Assembly (NCBI GenBank): GCA_964016885.1
Contig: OZ024743.1
Span: forward strand, 166,098,001-166,162,000
Reading direction: 5' to 3'
Length of the DNA: 64,000 bases
From: Eledone cirrhosa
Taxonomy: Eukaryota
In this document: positions 9,674 to 21,500 of the stretch, one piece after another
Numbering within the stretch: the stretch's first letter is position 1
Layout of the letters: each line of letters opens with the position of its first letter
Program-made: the position numbers and the translations under genes
The notes under the pieces: model-generated
Databases searched by the model: none
What the model saw: the letters and a program-made list of their open reading frames with translations, nothing else
Told to the model about the DNA's origin: nothing

Positions 9674-12600
9674 TCATCGTTTAACGTCCATCTTCCACGC
9701 TAGCATGGGTTTGGACGGGAATTTTCCCACTTGAGGCAAGATTGGTTGTCTTGATCGTATAGGACTGTCTGGCGGCTTTTCTACGGCTGGATGCCCTTCC
9801 TAACACCAACCACGTTTACAGTGTGGAACTGGGAGGTTTTTACCATGTTACCTACATGGCCACATTAAAGCATGGACTGTGTTTTTTTGTCGTGACACCT
9901 ACACAACCTCATTTGTTTCGGACTGGATGTTGTGGTACCAACATAACTTTACATTGGAAGGGTGGTGTGGGTGGGGTGGGGGTAGCGGGACGGGGGTGTA
10001 TTTTTGTTAGAGGTGCCTACTGACTGTAGGTTTCACTTTGTACTTAGGCAAGGCGGGTCTTCTGTGTTGCTGTGTAGTGCCAAAGATCTCGGTCCAGTGA
10101 CATTGTCTTGGAGAGGTGTAAGTGTGTAAGGTCGGAATTTATCAAGTCGTCCCAGGTTTTTCTGAGTCTGCCTACTCCGTGGCTACCATCTATTTTTATC
10201 GCCCTGCACTTTTTTATACAGCTGTCGTCTTTCATGTGCATCACATGACCGTACCAACGTAGTCTTCTCTCGAGTAAACAGCATCTGATCCCTCTTATTC
10301 CTAATTTCTCCCTTAGTTCGTTTATGCTTTGCCGTTCACGTATATTACTATTACACATCCAGTGGAGCATGCAAGCTTCGTTTCTCTCCAGTCTGTGTAT
10401 ATCCTCTGCACACAATGCCCAGGTCTCACTGCCATGCAACATTGCTGTTCGTATGCAGGCATCATACAGCCTGCCTTTCATTTTTAGAGAACCCTTTAGC
10501 GGCCAATAGTGGTATAAGCTCTCTGAACTTTCTCCATCCCGTTCTGACAGTAGCTACTGTACTTTCAGAGCACCCTCCACCACTGCTGATTTTGTCACCC
10601 AGATAACGGAAGGTGTCCACTATTTCTATAGAACCCTCTGCGCAGTTGAAGGAGCTAGTATTCTGTGGGCACTTGCTGCTACTTATTGCAGCAGAGCACC
10701 GGCCACATATAAAATCTATATTCTTAGATTACCTGTGATCCCACTACATCTGTTATGCACCCATTTGCATTTGGGACATAAAATGGAGTTTCTGCCTACG
10801 CCTTTCCTACACACTGAGCATGGCCATTTCCCAGATGGGACTGGTGCCCTATTTTCCTTCCTACATACTAGAACTTTAATCTTAGACAGGTTAATTTTAA
10901 GGCCTTTTGATTCTAGGCCATGCTTCCATGTTTGGAATTTCTTCTCTAGTTCGGCCATTGATTCGGCTATGAGCGTTAGATCATCTGCGTATAGGAGTTC
11001 CCATGGGCAGCCGGTCTTGAACTCCTCTGTTATAGCCTGAGCTCCTCTGTTATAGGAGGGGGCTAAGGACGGAGCCCTGATGAACAGCAACTTTTACGCT
11101 AAACTCTTCACTATATTCGTTGTTAATTCTAACCTTGCTGACCGTTTATTTATACATGGCTTGTATAGCTCTCACAAGCCATTCATCAACACCTAGTTTT
11201 CTAAGAGCCCACCAGATAATGGAACGGGGGACTCTGTCAAAGGCTTTCTCCAAGTCAACAAAAGCTAAGTATAGGGGTTTACTTTTAGCTAGGTACTTCT
11301 CCTGTAGTTGTCGTACAATGAAAAGAGCGTCTGTTGTACTTTTACCTGACACAACCCTGAACTGCATTTCATCTAGATCAATTCGCTCTCTGATTAGTTG
11401 TGCTATTACTTTTTCTGTGACCTTCCTGACCTGGTCGATTAATTTAATGCCTCGATAGTTACCCCTATCTAGGGCATCTCCTTTACCCTTGTAGCAATTA
11501 ATGATGATGCTGCTACGCCAGTCCTTCGGAATGACCCCATTCTGTATGACTTGGTTTACTATCCGGATGACCATGGTGTGTCCCACCGTTCCAGAGGCTT
11601 TCTGCATTTCAGCAACTATTTCCGAAGGCCCAGCCCCCTTACCCGTCTTCATATCTTTGATTGCCTTACTTATTATACTACCTTCAACTAACACTGCTGG
11701 TCCCTCTATTGGATCGATGTGGGGGAGACTGTCTTTCTCCCATTTATTCTCCTCATTTAGTAGCCTTTTGTAGTGACACTTCCAAGCTACCTTCTTATCA
11801 GCGTCAGTGATGGCAAGTACACCATCATCATTAAGGACACACTTCTCCCCGACAATATCACTGTTTTCCTTGACACATTGCCTAGCAATCCTGAACATCT
11901 CACGTTTTTGGTCCTCACGTTGTAGAACATGCTTGAACTTTCTTTCCTCTGCTTCCCTTCTTGCGAAGTACACTTGTCTCCTAGCTTCCCTCCTGGCCAC
12001 TTGATAGTCTTCTCTACTTCCCCCATCCCGCCATACTTTCCAAGCCTGCTTTTTGGCCTTAATTGACTCCTCCACCTTACTGTTCCACCACCACGTTACT
12101 CTCCTCCTGCCTATAGGCCTGCTCCAGCCACAGACATCATCTGCCGCCTTCAGCAGGTTAGCTTTCAGGAATTCCCACTGTTCCTCTATATTGTACAACT
12201 CTAATTGCTCTTCTTTACTGTCAAAAGCATCAAGTAATATGCTTTTAAATTTATTACTGGCTGTGGGGTCCTTTAGCTTCCATATTTTTCTCCTGAGGAT
12301 AGTCCTCCTCTGTTGTTGAGTACGTCTTGTCCTGACTATGAGTCTATGTTGGGAGATGCATTCTTCATGGGGGAAATATTTAGTGTTTACAACTCTGTCA
12401 CGTCTTCTGGTAAGGATATAATCTATCTGACTGGCGTGTTCCCCTGATCTCTAGGTGATCAAGTGATTGTCTCGTTTTTTGAAGTTAGTTATACAGATAT
12501 GTTTCTTTTATTTGCCACCAGGGCATCAAAAGTGGGACAAGTACAACGGGGGGAGTTTACAAAACAAGGTGTCCTCAATAAGGAGGAGGCAATAACAATA

Positions 12601-13605
12601 TATAAAAATAAAATAAAATATAACAAAAAATAAAATTTATAACAAAGTCCTCAATAGAGAGGAGGCGCATTGGGGGGTCGCACACACCCCCGAAAAAAGT
12701 GTGCAACCCTTCTCCTCAGGAGCACAGAGAAGGGGTGCTCCCTTGGTCTTTCATCTTCCTCACCTATAGTCTGATGTAGAGTGAAGGCCCATTCACACGG
12801 GCCATTCTCGCCACTTTCACCCATCTTTCATAGAAACGGCTGGGGTGCAGCACCTCTCTCTCCATCCTGATCCTTCTTCCGAAATGATATCGGAAGAAAC
12901 GGACCAGTTGTTGGCCAGAGAGAAAGGTGTCTGACCTCAGTCCTTTCAGACGCGTCCACCATACAACCTCTTTCGCCATGGCTATTACGCACAGAAACAC
13001 CGCCTCTCCTTCGTTTTTGAAGAGGGGAGGTGGCTTAATCGTTACAATAGACTCGGTGGTCAACCGGATCGGTCCCACCCTTGACAGCAGTTGTTCGACA
13101 TAGCCCCACAGATCGGCAATGCCCGAGCAGTGTACCAATGCGTGTGCACACGCATCTGGGACAGATCTTTTTCGATGGGTCCCTACCCGGGCGCCCGTGT
13201 CTGTAGAGCCTTTCTCGAACGGGCAGAGCCCTTCTGTAGCATTGCCAGGCCAGGGACCTCTGGAAGTTATCCATGGGTCCCGGGCTGAATGTCCTACCGA
13301 ACAGGTTGGCCAGTTCGTCTTCCTCCATGCCTAGGGCTTCTCCGAGGGCGTCGTCGCACCTGCTAACCACCAGCCCTCTATAGAATGACGAGGTGGATTC
13401 TCCACTGACAGCCGGGTCCGCCTGCCAGAGAGCCGTGAGCGCCTACAGATAGTTAGGTTATTTGCGTCACAGAATTCCAGGATTCTGGAGCCTCCCTCAT
13501 TTCTAGTACCAAACCCATAGCCTCCATGGATTCCGTCATAGCGATCACAATGTTGTCCAACGTGACCATTTAGGTCGCCAACAATAATTATGTAGTCACT
13601 GTCGG
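9674..13605 (-). mobile_element. 5'-truncated RTE LINE (APE end, RT, PHD, 3' UTR), interrupted by a Tx1 fragment
   Basis: APE motif GDLNGHVG..ILEFC; RT motifs NYRGIKL, FVDLEKAFD, ELLYADDL; C-terminal RRLRWYGHV; tail AACCCATGCTAGCGTGGAA..GACGTTAAACGATGA. Frameshifted. Close paralog of 53370-55857. Confidence 0.92.
12500..13443 (-). mobile_element. Tx1/L1-clade LINE 3' fragment nested in the RTE endonuclease
   Basis: zf-RVT-like text LAWQCYRRALPVRERL..KICPRC..HC..LWGYVEQLL. The 3' end is AATAAAAGAAAC. TSD TACAGATA at 12492-12499 and 13444-13451. The RTE frame resumes on both sides. Confidence 0.8.
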
Positions 13606-13606
13606 T

Positions 13607-13649
<43 letters not shown>

Positions 13650-13679
13650 CCATACATACACATACACATAAATACTCAA

Positions 13680-13720
<41 letters not shown>

Positions 13721-14064
13721 TACATATACATATACACACGTACATACACACACATACATACACACATATACACGCATATATATGCACACACATATATAGA
13801 TATACACACACCTACATACGCACACACACAATTAATTATGAAAAAATAAAAAACAATGAACAACCATATAATGCAATAGGCCGTCACATAAAAATTAAAA
13901 ATATCCGACTTAAGAAAATAAAAATTATTATAAAGTTGACAGCGATACAGGAAAGGACACAAATAAATAAACAAACACACGCGGTAAGCAATACACACAT
14001 CTACATACACACATACATACATATAAATATATACATACACACACACATATATACACACATATAC

Positions 14065-14097
<33 letters not shown>

Positions 14098-14103
14098 TAT
14101 ATA
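13606..14103. repeat. (TA)n/(CA)n compound microsatellite region
   Basis: Directly visible dinucleotide runs. Confidence 0.9.
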
Positions 14104-14260
14104 TCATCATCATCATCATCATTTTACGTCCGCTTTTCCCTGCTTGCAAGGGTGGGACGGGAACTGATTCTGGCTGGATGCTTTTTTTCCGTGGCGCCTA
14201 CACGTCCACTTTACAGTGTGGGCTGGGTGCTCTTTTGCCGTTGCACCTCCACGACAACTT
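14104..14260 (-). mobile_element. RTE-tailed SINE or non-autonomous element
   Basis: Shares the RTE 3' tail (CCCACCCTTGCAAGCAGGGAAAAGCGGACGTAAAA(TGA)n) and the CCCAGCCCACACTGTAAAGTGG module. Confidence 0.65.
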
Positions 14261-14399
14261 TGCAGTGGAATGATATGGACCCCAGTCCCTATCATCTCAT
14301 TTCTACAGCTGAATAAACTGGAGCAATGTGAAATAAAGTGTCTTGCTCAAGGAAACAACACATCACCTGATCTGAGAATTGAACCACAGGAGGTCAAAC

Positions 14400-15005
14400 G
14401 AACCACAGGAGGTCAAATCCTATGTGGGCATGGCGGAGGGCCGATTCAAGGAGCATTTCCTGAACCACCAGTCGACCTTCAGATACCCGGACAGACGTTC
14501 ATCCACGAAACTCGCGAGCCACTTATGGTCCCTCAAGGACTCAAGTATAGACTACTCCATTCAATGGAAAGCCATCACTAAGTCCAAGCCATACGCAAGG
14601 GGAATTCCGACGTGTGGCTTATGTATTGACGAACGAATAACTATCCTAAAGAGATTACGCAATAGTGATTGCCTAAACACGAGAAGTGAATTTTTCACAC
14701 GTTGTCCACACGTCACCAAACATCTATTGCATAACTACAAGGCTCCGGACTGATTCTTTGTAATTTTATTTTTAATTTTTTTTTATTTTATTTTCAACCT
14801 AAAAACTTTCCGGACTTTTGCAGTTATCTCCCTTACACCTCCCGCACGCAGTCTAGTATTGCCTGTGTGAAGTGACCAAGTTTCTGAGCATACTCGTTCG
14901 TACGGTTGTCCTTCCTGTTCCTATAACCATACACATCCCGAGCTGAAGATCCGCGAAGGTGAAACAATTGTTCTCGGTATAGTGAACTAACTGTTGTGTA
15001 ACCAC

Positions 15006-15008
<3 letters not shown>
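14400..15008 (+). mobile_element. Penelope-like element 3' fragment (GIY-YIG endonuclease and tail)
   Basis: KSYVGMAEGRFKEHFLNH..F..STKLASHLWSLK..YSIQWK..CGLCIDERITI..LNTRSE..CPH*, followed by a hammerhead motif. Confidence 0.85.
14938..14977 (+). ncRNA. Minimal type I hammerhead ribozyme
   Basis: CCGAG-CTGAAGA-T-CC GCGAA GG-T-GAAA-CAATTG-T-T-CTCGG. Perfect stem I, palindromic stem III. Predicted cleavage after GUU at 14972. Confidence 0.75.
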
Positions 15009-15046
<38 letters not shown>

Positions 15047-15473
15047 AATATTATATATATATAAAAATAAAAAGGTGGAAGGGGTAAACAAATAGTTGGG
15101 AATACGACAAATAATAAATAAATAAATAAATAAATAGATAAAGGTATAAATGTTTATAGCTGATTTAGAGCACTCAACAAGTTCCTGGAGCAAATAATCA
15201 ATGAAAATAAACATTAAATCACTCTGTATGTAATTATGCATATATATACACATATTATGTCAGGTCACTAGTTGGTGCTACTGGTAACATGTATCCCAGT
15301 ACAACCTGTCTCATGGTCGGGTCGTTGGCGACTAAACTGGCAACCCCACCAAGGTTTCTTGGTGAGGAGGGTGACTTTGGACATCCTGCAGGACTAAAAA
15401 CAAAACCTGTCAAAGGGCAAAGGAGCTCTTAAGAGTCAATGGCCATCCAAAATCACCGGGAGAGATGACCCCT

Positions 15474-16411
15474 TAGCCTTTGTCAAGGCAGAATTCTAGG
15501 AGAAGGAAAACTCTGATATAACACCTGCAACTCTGATGGTATCCAATGATGTTGACTTGTTCTTCTTTTTGGTAAATATCATCTTGGTTAAGAGAGTGGG
15601 ACTGGCTTTGTGCAGTGCCTTTGCTCACTATAAAAGCTTCACGGCACAGGCATTGCTTTATATCTGGAGATCTCTCTGCACTTGTCGTCACATGGTACCA
15701 TGGGCCCAGCACTATGTGTCAATAATTGTCACAAGTGTAGTGTTTGTACCAGAGTTTTCAAGTCGCTGGCTGGACTAAAAAGTCACACTCGTTCAGCGCA
15801 TTGGTAGGGGTTCTCCTACATGGATATAAAGTAGTGGCCGTACTCGAAAACGAGTTGGCAGCCACCATATACACATATATACATACACACACACACAACC
15901 ATACAAATATAAATATATATACAGAGGTTATATTTAATTTGTTGGGATTCAACAAGCTTAACCATTTTTATAACTGATATAAAGCACTCAACAGTTTAGT
16001 GGAGTAAATACACAATATATTAATAAATGGAAACTATATTTATTTTATTATATATATTTCAAGGGTGACCAAGGTAAATTATGGTGCGCTGAACAAGTGT
16101 GACTTTTTAGTCCAGCCAGCGACTTGAAAACTCTGGTACAAACACTACACTTGTGACAATTATTGACACCTAGTTCTGGGCCCATGGTACCATGTGACGA
16201 CAAGTGCAGAGAGTTCTCCAGATATAAAGCAATGCCTGTGCCGTGAAACTTTTATAGTGAGCAAAGGCATTGCACAAAGCCAGTTCCACTCTCTTAAGCA
16301 AGATGATATTTACCAAAAAGAAGAACAAGTCAACATCATTGGATACCATCAGAGTTGCAGGTGTTATATCAGAGTTTTCCTTCTCCTAGAATTCTGCCTT
16401 GACAAAGGCTA
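15474..16411. repeat. Inverted repeat with 327-bp arms (15474-15800 / 16085-16411)
   Basis: The arms are reverse complements with only scattered mismatches. The sequence resembles an RTE 5'-UTR-derived element (GGAGAAGGAAAACTCTGA). Confidence 0.92.
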
Positions 16412-17065
16412 TATATCATCATCATCATCATCATCATTTAATGTCCAACTTCCACACTAGCATGGGTTAGACAGTTTTGTTCCATTTGATGCGGGAATGG
16501 TCAGGAGACTGTGTCTCGCTCGTACGGAAGTGTCTCTGGCAGGTTTTTTACAGCTGGATGCCCTTCCTAACACCATATATATATATATATATACGTGTGT
16601 GTGTGTGTGTGTGTACATATATATGTGTGTGTGTGTGTATATATATATGCGGGTGTCTGTGACCTATATACACAGTTCAGACACACACACACTCACACAT
16701 ATATACAGACACACTTAGAAACCCTTTCTATGTAGTAGGATACAGTAATGCTCTGTTCATTTCTTTGAAGTCACCGGTTATAATTTTATTCAACTACACC
16801 ACCAGCTTTCTCTCTTCTATTTTCCTTCTCTCTATATATATATGTCTCTTTCAATCTACTCTCTCACAACCATATCTCTTTCTCTCTATTTAAGAAGGTA
16901 CCCTAAAAAAAACCATATCTCGGGAAACCGTGCTCCAATTTACGCGAAACTTGTTTTATTTCATTTGTATTCCCATTTCAGGGTCAACTTCCTTTCAAAG
17001 TATTTTCCCATTATGTGCCCTTTTGGCTGTATTACAGTACAGACAAGCAAGCAAGCAAGCAATTA

Positions 17066-19491
17066 CAGTCCACTTATCCGGACGGTCAAAACCAAACACT
17101 TAGAAAAAGATCCGGTTAAGTGAAATATCCGGATAAGTGAATTCTAAAATCCCATTGTTACATAATGCTCGTGTTTTGGCTTCTTTTAGTCAAAATAAAA
17201 GACAAATGCTAAGTAAAGAAAGTTTATTAGAATAACAAAAGAACAGTTATAATTTATAAGAAAATTAATTAAACAAACATAAGAATAACTAAAAACTTGG
17301 TAAAACTGAATTGAGTCAAACCATAAAAAGTTAGTACTTTTTTAAAAATGAATAAATAGAAGATTGTTTTCACGCCGAAGCTCGTCGTTCCGCTACCGTT
17401 TCCCGCCAACTTAAACATGTCGCAGTGCTAACCAGATCCGCCAGTCCCTCATACTTCAAATATGTTAAAAATCGGTCTATGTGATGATATGCTTCCGCAT
17501 GCGTCACGGGGCGTTTCTCGACAACTTTTTCGACTAAAACTTCCTCTTCTTCGTCATCCCCCTTTCAACTTACATGTTCAACAATTCCAACGTCATCGAA
17601 ATGTTCATACCCTAACCCATCATTCTCAAACCATTCAATCAAATCTTCCGCCGAACTCTCACCAGCAATTTCTGTCAAACCCGTTAAAAGCGCTTCGTCC
17701 GTAATTGGAATTTCGTAATTGTCCACGTTTCCTTTCGCATTGTCCTCGTTCTCATCCGACATCAATTTTTTCCACAATCGACGCAAAGTTTCTTCAGTTA
17801 TCGAGTCCCATGCAACAGCTGAACAGTCAACCACCTCCCTCATGTTTATCGCACGTAAAAATGGAATCATTCCCGTGTCCCCTTTTCCGATCAAATCCCG
17901 CAGCAATTGTTTTCTGTAAATCCGCTTTAGTGTTTCCAAAACTCCCTGGTCCATTGGCTGAATAAGTGACGTAACGTTCGCCGGAAGAAATGCTGCCCAA
18001 ATCTGTCAGTCTGCCGAAATCAAGTCCTCCTCATCCGGATGTGCTGCACAATTGTCCAAAACAAGAATCGTTTTTGTCTTCACCCCATCTTAGCCAAAGC
18101 AGAATGGACAAACGGAACGAAAACTTTGTGAAACCACTCGCCAAAAATTTCTAGAGTTACCCAAGCATTCTTCGAGTTCCGCTAGGTGATCGGCAAGTTC
18201 TCCATGTTGATTCCCGCAAAACATCTCGGCCGCTTCGCTTTTCCAATGAAGAGAAGGGGATGTTTGATTGTCCCGGAAGCATTCACGCAGGCGGAAATGG
18301 TTACCCGGTCTTTCGGTTTCTTCATTCCTTCGGGGTCTTTTTCGAGGGCAGCAGCTAGTGTACGCGAAGGGAGAAGTCGGAAGCAAAAGCCCGTCTCATC
18401 GGCGTTGAAAATTTCATCCGGAGTGTAGCTGGCAATTATTGTTGGAAAATGTTGGACGTAATCTTCAGCTGCTTCTTTATTTGCGCTGACTTTCTCACCC
18501 AAGATGGCGAGATTCTGTATTCCATAACGGTGGCAAAACTTTGTTTGGTAGCCCGTGCTTGCAAGAAAGTCTTTTTCCACGTCAGGATAAAGCCGCCGGT
18601 AGAAGTCCGATGCCTATAAAAGAATGTATGAAAACTTGTTTATTTTCCAGATCTCATGAATATTTAAAGAGATTTAAACAAAACAAGGGACAGACAACAT
18701 TGGACAGGCAGCTCATGCACTTTTCAAGTGCAGGGAAAGGCAGCTCATGCACTTTTCAAGTGCAGGGAAAGGCAGCTCATGCACTTTTCAAGTGCAGGGA
18801 AAGGCAGCTCATGCACTTTTCAAGTGCAGGGAAAGGCAGCTCATTAATATAAAACCGGTTTAAACAAGATGAGTAAATTACACTGTACACACCTTTTCCA
18901 TTAAAATAATGGAAACAGGAACGTTTTTTTCTCAAAGCTGCCAAAACCAAATGTACAATGCCTGGTCTAATTCCTCGTAGTCTGACGTTTTCAGGCATTT
19001 CGCTTTCTTTTCCACTCCCTTCAAACCAATTTGTAATTTTTCCGATACGAATCCGCATAGCTTGGCTTCCGACCATTTGATATCCGATATTATAGATGTA
19101 CCGACATTGTATCTTTTCACGAGTTCATTTAGCGTAGCTGTTTTCTTTTTCAATGCATCACATATAGAGAGCTTATCCGCGATAGTCAAAACAACTCGCT
19201 TTCGCTTTTCTCCAGCCATTATGTTTAACTGAGAGCCAAGTTAGTTTTCTTAGCTTTTAAACACTCAATCAAATAAAAGAAATCAATACACGCCACGTGT
19301 TAGCTGCGTGTGACGGCTAGGCACAAGTAGCCAACCGGCACTAGGCATGTTTTCTATAAACTTCATAAACCCTCAGATAAACATAAACCTTCATAAACAA
19401 CCTTCAAATACACATTGTTTGTAGTATAGAAATAGCTGTCCGGTAAATCGAATTTCGGAAAAGCGATATCCAGATAAGCGAAGATGCACTG
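17066..19491 (-). mobile_element. pogo/Tigger DNA transposon with a disrupted, intron-containing transposase
   Basis: TA TSD. TIRs CAGTCCACTTATCCGGA / CAGTGCATCTTCGCTTATCTGGA. ATG at 19219; psq and CENP-B HTH (KRKRVVLTIADKL..LDQALYIWF); IFNADETG, LVLDNCAAH, IQPMDQG (34 residues between the last two Asp). Several stops and frameshifts. Confidence 0.92.
18707..18844. repeat. 32-bp minisatellite, about 4.3 perfect copies
   Basis: GGCAGCTCATGCACTTTTCAAGTGCAGGGAAA repeated head to tail with no spacers. Confidence 0.95.
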
Positions 19492-19511
19492 TACAGTGTT
19501 TTAGTAGTATA

Positions 19512-19611
19512 CTAGACCACCCGTGACCTGTTGGGTCATGTTCACTTCAAAATATTTTTTTTAAATCATGTTCACTTAATAATAATTTTAAAATAATTAA
19601 AATATACACAG

Positions 19612-19660
<49 letters not shown>

Positions 19661-20028
19661 GGCGTCTGTGATCTATATACACTGGTCACAGACACACACA
19701 GACACACACAGACATATATATACACACACACTCACATATATATAGATACAACACCACCAGCTCTCTCTCTTCCATTCTCCTGTCTCCTCTTCCTCTCTTT
19801 ATGTCTCTCTTTCAATCTACTCTCTCACAACCGCTATCTCTTTCTCTCTGCTTATGAAGGTACCCAGAAAACCCTATATCTCAGGATACCTGTTTTATTC
19901 CATTTGTATTCCCATTTCAAGGGCAACTTCCTTTCAAAGTATTTTCCCATTATGCGCCCTTTTGGCTGTATTACATTACAGACAAGCAAGCAAGCAAGCA
20001 ATCAGACTTTTAATAATATATAAATAGA
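19512..20028 (-). mobile_element. Non-autonomous Helitron-like copy A (complete termini)
   Basis: The minus strand starts TCTATTTATATATTATTAAAAG..(TTGC)n and ends with hairpin ACCC..GGGT plus CTAG-T. Confidence 0.7.
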
Positions 20029-20589
20029 AGACACACACACACCACCACCACTGCCACTGCCAGCACCATCACCCCCAACACCACTACCACCACCACCATA
20101 AAATTATGATGAAAGATTTTTAAATAAATCTGTTAACAAAACTTTTGTGATATTATATGCATCTTGTCACATTCATGCATTCACACATAGACTGTCTGCA
20201 CACACACACATACATACCCACTCACACACACATACACAAGTAATATTGTTATTAGGTTAGCTTGTGTAACATTACAGTCTCATATATACATGTGTGTATA
20301 CGTAGATGTGTATATGAATAAGTGTATAAACACAAATGCATGAGTGTGTAATTATGCTTGTGACTTTTATTATTTCACATGTTTCAGTCAGTAGATTGTG
20401 GAGCACTGTCTTGATTTATCAATCATATCAACCCCTTATTATATTGGTTTGTGTTTTGTCATACTGGCTATTTATGGACATAGACACAGATGGACACACA
20501 CAAACACACAATGGCTCTCTGCTGTTGCCATCAACCAAATTGCACTTACAAGATCATCATTTTACATCTGTTTTTCCATGCTTGCATGA

Positions 20590-21500
20590 GCTGTACATGC
20601 TAACAGGGAAAATGAATGTTAAATGATGAGTATATATATATATTTGCATGCACAGCGAGTAGGAAAGAAGATAGGACTGATACCTTCAGGAAAGTGGCCC
20701 TGCTCAATATGTAGTAGGTATAAACTCCATACAGTGTACACATTGTAAATCTTAGGTACACAAGAGATGTAGTGGGATAACAGGTAGACTAACAGAAATG
20801 GATGACTTTGTATGAAGAAGATGCAGGGGAAGAGCGTGAGTGATATAAACTTCTTCAAGTCACAAGAAGAGTCCATAGAAATGGTTAATAACTTCTGCTA
20901 TCTAGATAACTTAATTAGCAGCAGAGGAGAGTGATCTAAGAGCATAATAGTTAGAATAAGGATAGGATGGAAAACGTTTAGAGAGATACTCCCACTGTTG
21001 ACAACAAAAGGTTTCTCCCAACATATAAAAAGACAACTATATGACACCTGTGTCCGAAGTGCGATGTTGCATGATAGTGATACAGGGGCAGTGACTGCAG
21101 AAGACGTGCGTAGATTGGACCAAAATGTAGCAGCCATACTTCATTGGATGTACAATGTAAATATGAGAGAAAGGCAGAGCTTGGATGAACTGAGGGTCAA
21201 ACTGAGTTTAAGAGGAATCCAAGGTGGTGTGCAGGAGAGAAGATGTCATTGGTACAGGCATGTGATGTGCATGGATGAGGAACAATAGGTGAAGAAGTGC
21301 CAGGAATTGCCAGTGGAAAGAAGCTGCAGTAGAGGTAGACCAAGAAATACCTGGGCAGAGGTGGTGAGGGCTGATCTGAAGTCACTGAGACACACAGAGG
21401 AGATGACGAAGAAACACAACAAGTGGAGAGATATCAGCCTGAGAAGAACCTGTCCAACCCATGCAAGCGTGGAAAAAGGGACGTAAAATCGATGATGATG
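20590..21500 (+). mobile_element. Degraded RTE LINE 3' fragment
   Basis: KGFS..LYDTCVRSAMLH..WYRHVM..RGRPRNTW; tail CCAACCCATGCAAGCGTGGAAAA..(GAT)n. Confidence 0.85.

Larger units (their letters stand above)
16625..19510 (-). mobile_element. Non-autonomous Helitron-like copy B, interrupted near its 5' end by the Tigger element
   Basis: 16650-17064 is a direct repeat of about 19660-20002, including (GCAA)n. The remaining 5' bases lie at 19494-19510, beyond the Tigger. Confidence 0.6.

Noticed and set aside
18707-18844. 32-bp repeats with an internal palindrome, resembling CRISPR direct repeats
   Set aside because: No spacers, no cas genes and a eukaryotic context. It is a minisatellite in a transposon intron.
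17565-19219. Possible TIGD/JRKL host gene
   Set aside because: Bounded by TIRs and a TA TSD, with in-frame stops and frameshifts.
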